Source: the human T2T-CHM13v2.0 reference genome, Homo sapiens. Taken from it: 64,000 bases of DNA. Positions 59,632 through 64,000 of the stretch are shown one piece after another (the first letter of the stretch is position 1; every line of letters begins with the position of its first letter). The notes below the pieces were generated by a model. The model saw nothing but the letters and a program-made list of their open reading frames with translations. It made no database searches and was not told the DNA's origin. The stretch is from NCBI RefSeq assembly GCF_009914755.1, contig NC_060942.1; one strand, 5' to 3'. A program made the position numbers and the translations under genes.

Positions 59632-61461
59632 TAGGTTCACAAATCGCAGCACCACTGACGAGTGCTTTTCTTAGTTTTGCAGCTATACGTATGGTAAATT
59701 ATCATTTTATAGTTACAGTTATAAGCAATTTGGTAGAAAAAGACAGCTAAATTGTGCAGTGTTGCTTTTGTTTTCATTTTATAATCTGAATGTATTTTTT
59801 AATGAGAAAACAAAATCCAGATTAATTTTTAATAGGAGTAACCCTTTCTGTGGCTTAGTCTTGTGCCACCCACTAGACCTTGCATTTCACTTTTAATTGA
59901 TCTCTTGTGTATGGTAGAAATTAGCCATCATATAGCTGAGACATTATGTCTGTATACTGGGGAGCGAATGTTTTTAGCTATATTATTGTGACTCTTACTG
60001 CTTAATAAAAGGGAGATTTAACAGGTGACTTGATCGACACATATGTTAATTTAAAATTTCTCTACCAATTCATAGAGACAGAACATTCCCAAATTTTATT
60101 CCAGGAATCAGCCCTAGAAATGATGCCAAAGCAAATTTAATTCCCTTAGCCTTATTAGAATTTGTTACAGTGTTATGCAGACTGCTCCCTGGGTATAGGA
60201 ATCAGGGCCCATCAGACATCTTTATGTAAAACACTTGGTGTGCACTGAAGGAGCTAACAATGTACCTGGGCAGAGTGCCTTCCTTGTTTGTTTGGGGCAT
60301 GTATATTGAAAGGGAATGTCATATATTATAAATAGTACCTAACCCTTGCTATAATGATTGCTGTAATCCAACTTTGTATGCATATTTATTATGAAAGGAT
60401 AGATTTGCCTTTTATAAAGGAACAAAAATTTTGTTTGTAGTATTTTATTTAAGTGTACAACTACTTTCATTATAGAACCTTTCTTAGCTGATGTGTTGAC
60501 TTGCTCAGCATTGATACCTGCTGATGCCCAAGTGGTGATCTGTGTGTCTTAAAACACAGTCTGTCATTCTACATGGTTTATATATTTCAGAGCCATTATC
60601 TGAACTAGGGGCCAGATAAAGATAAACTGCTTCATCACTGATAATGTTAAGTCCAGTAGTCTTGCAATACCTGTAATCTTTATTTGATTAATATAAATAG
60701 ATCATATCAGTGTTTTTAACCAGAGTGGGGAGTTATTTAGCATTGTTCATTGCTTTTAAGTTATTTTTGAACAATTTTTGCACAGGTGGTATAGATAGAA
60801 CTAGAAAACAAGTCATTTGGGTGTTGGAAAACTGAATAATACTGTGATTTAATTGATGCCAGTTGGAGAAAAAGAAGAAATTTTGTTTTGATGGATAACA
60901 TAGTCCTTAACTTTATTCAGTGTGGTTTCTCTTTTATTATATATAGGTTATCCTAACTTAATTCATTTGTATTATACCATATGCCATTTTGGATTCACTT
61001 CAAAGAGTAATCAAATCAGGAACTAATCATGAGATATTATTCTCTGGTAAAGTAAATTTCATGTTTCCTTAAAATGTAACTGGTATGTATTAGCACTTTC
61101 CTGTTAAAAAGTGACATCATTTAACACTATTATCATGATGCTGTAAACAGTAGTAGGACGATAAACTTTCTTGGAGCATTAACTCTTGTTATTTAAGTGT
61201 AAAAATTCAACATTATGATTTGAAAATACTGAAAATGATTGGAAGAATTGGATGTTTATCAATTGTCTTACCTACACTTCATAAACTATATAGTACCAAA
61301 TATGTGTGCATACTCTACTGGATAATAATCATGTTTGTAAAATGGGACTGCTGTAGAACCTCATGTCATACTGTTTTTCTTGAATAGCTAAGAAGTAGAA
61401 ATTTGGGGATCTCCAGCCTCTGTATTGAATTTGAAGCTGTGGTAGAATATAAGGTCATGGG

Positions 61462-61752
<291 letters not shown>

Positions 61753-63049
61753 AATACAAGGTCATGGGGAAGTAGCACAAACAGAGTAGGTTCTTGGACA
61801 TTATCTTAGGGAGTATGTCCATTTAATGATGGGTAAAGAAAAGGATATCAGTGAAAGAGATTTAAGGAGCAATCAGTAAGGAAGAAACAGAATGAACCAG
61901 TAACTGCGAAACCAGGAGAGGAGATCTGTTGAAGAAGGAAGTGACCAGCAAAGAGGATAAAACCCCAAATCAGGTTGTTACATTTAACAATTAATAGATT
62001 AAAGAATACTTGTCAAGAATCCAGTTTAAATAGAGTGAGTGATGGAAAACATATAGGGCCAAAAAGTAAACTGGAACTGAGGAAACAGAGACTGTGAATA
62101 TAGATTAATTTTTTGAGAACTTTGGTAATAATGAGGAAGAGGGAGAGATGTTGGCAGCTTAAGAAGAAAGCTTTGTTTGAGAAAGGCTTTTCTTAAGATA
62201 AACATGAATGCTTATGGACAGTAGCAAAAAGCTTTTGGCTCAGGGATTGTTCTTTTAAATGTTTATGGGCTAACTTATGTAGTATTCATAGTATTAAAAT
62301 AGTAAAGTAAAACCTAGCCCCTTGATTTTAGTGATATTGTGAAACTTTTGTCTTTGAGTATTTTTGGGCTATTCCTCTATAACATTTCTTGAATGGAGGG
62401 TAAAACAAAAAATCTGGTTCTTTACCAGTGTTTCAGAATCATTCTGCTGAACAGTCCACATAAGCTTAATTATATTAAGAACCATTGAAGTAAAGTTGTT
62501 CATAAAATTTTTTTTGCCTTAGTCTTTGTGGCATTTGCTGAGTTTAGACAATAACCGCCCCCCCCACGAAGTTACTTAATTTTTCTCTGAGCAGTAATTT
62601 ACATGTGTGATCAATAGCCTCAGTCATTTTCAAAGAGACAAGTAATGAAATATTCCTACTACTTTTAAAATTTTAACCTTAAGATGATAACTGTGATTCC
62701 ATTGTATAAGAACTCTCCTTTTTCACTTCAGTTAATACAGTTTTATTGAATGTGTTTGATTTTCACTTAGAATTATTAATACTGGGTGATATTTTCATAC
62801 TACATTACAGAGTACTTGCAACTCTGGTGAGAATGCTGTTCCCCAAGGCCATAGCTAATGGTCTAGCAATGTTAAACTGAATTTAGAAATGATACTGTAA
62901 ACTTATGCTTAAAAGTGTGGGTGGGTGATATAGAAGATGAGTATCTTTTTGGAAATAGAAGAGAGAGGGTGTGGTTGTTTCCTTCTCATGGACTCTTCCC
63001 CCAGTATAAATTCTTAAGCACTACAGGTAGTATTTGCTAATTGTTATTA

Positions 63050-63277
63050 CATGTTGAATATCCTGTATCCAAAATTCTTGAGGCCAGAAGTGTTTCAGAT
63101 TTTGGATTTTTTTAGATCTTGCGGTATTTGCAATATACTTACCAGTTGAACATCCCTAATCCGGAAATCCAAAATGCTGCAATGAGCATTTCTTCTGGAC
63201 ATTATGTTCATGCCCAAAACATTTCAGAGTTTGGAGTATTTCTAATTTTGGATTTCAGATTAGGGATATTCAACCTA
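63050..63277. mobile_element. Tigger4a/Zombi (MER46A-like), complete short element
   Basis: TIRs ta|catgttgaatatcc ... ggatattcaaccta|ta. Confidence 0.85.
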
Positions 63278-63574
63278 TACTTCAGTAGTTAGCCAAAATA
63301 GAAATGTTACACTGCCCTAAAAATTCAGAATGCTGCTTCCTTTTAAAGAAGAAAGTGGATTATTTTACATCTCTTATTTTACTTTCTATATGCTTCCTTC
63401 CAAAACAAAAACAGTTGACCAAAACAGATAAAATAAACACAGAAAGACATACCAAGAATGACTTAAAGGGAGGAAGCAAAGGAGTCCAATAATGTATTAC
63501 ATTTCAACATAAAGGAGAAGGATGGGCCTCCTCTCACTGGTGTGAAAGAGGGTTCTTAGAGATGATTGATACGC

Positions 63575-63725
63575 ATACCCTAAGTATGTTCCCTGGACCA
63601 GCAACATCAGCATTACTCAGAAGCTTGTTAGACCCTACCTCAGATCTACTGGATCAGAATTTGCTTTCCAACAAGACCCACAGGTAATTCTTTTGTACAT
63701 TACATTTTAAGGAATGCTGCTCTAG
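63575..63725. mobile_element. MER5A hAT-Charlie element
   Basis: ccctggaccagcaacatcagcattac..agcttgttaga..atcagaat..aacaagaccccaggtaattc-like motifs. Confidence 0.8.
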
Positions 63726-64000
63726 TGGTTCTAAGACTTTATTCTAAATCTCAGCTCACTGCTAGGTTATCCTTGGATAAGTTATTAACCATTCTGTGCT
63801 GCAGATTTATTTGTAAAATGAGATTAATAATAGTACATAATGGGTTTTTTCTTTTAATAAGAATTAAATATAATCTCTTTAAATTAAATATAATGTTAGT
63901 CCCTCACCTTCAAGTAGAGGTTATACTGAGCTATTCAAAGATACTGTGGTTCAGGCATCCGTTCCTGGTGATAGGTGCTTAATTGTGAAATAGGTGATGA

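Overview
This is AT-rich primate (human-like) intronic DNA, not prokaryotic. The only supportable coding sequence is one 116-nt + strand exon (2708-2823, ...[40 protein letters not shown]...), which I recognise from memory as KIAA1328 (hinderin). It has a major-class (U2) acceptor but ends at a minor-class (U12) AT-AC donor, G|ATATCCTTTT. I found no following exon, so the remaining 61 kb appears to be one very large minor-class intron. That intron is full of Alu, L1, L2, MIR, MaLR/ERV1 LTR and Tigger/hAT fossils, with Alu and L1 mostly antisense to the gene. The best leads are splicing-related: a GTAAGT donor 1 nt inside the exon, a second identical U12 donor downstream of U2 acceptors, and perfect U12 branch-point motifs. 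There are also two divergent CTCF-like sites, each with the upstream module, and several transposition or slippage scars. I see no proven new biological system; the splicing ideas are testable hypotheses. Repeat subfamily names are by-eye calls, and boundaries without TSDs are approximate.
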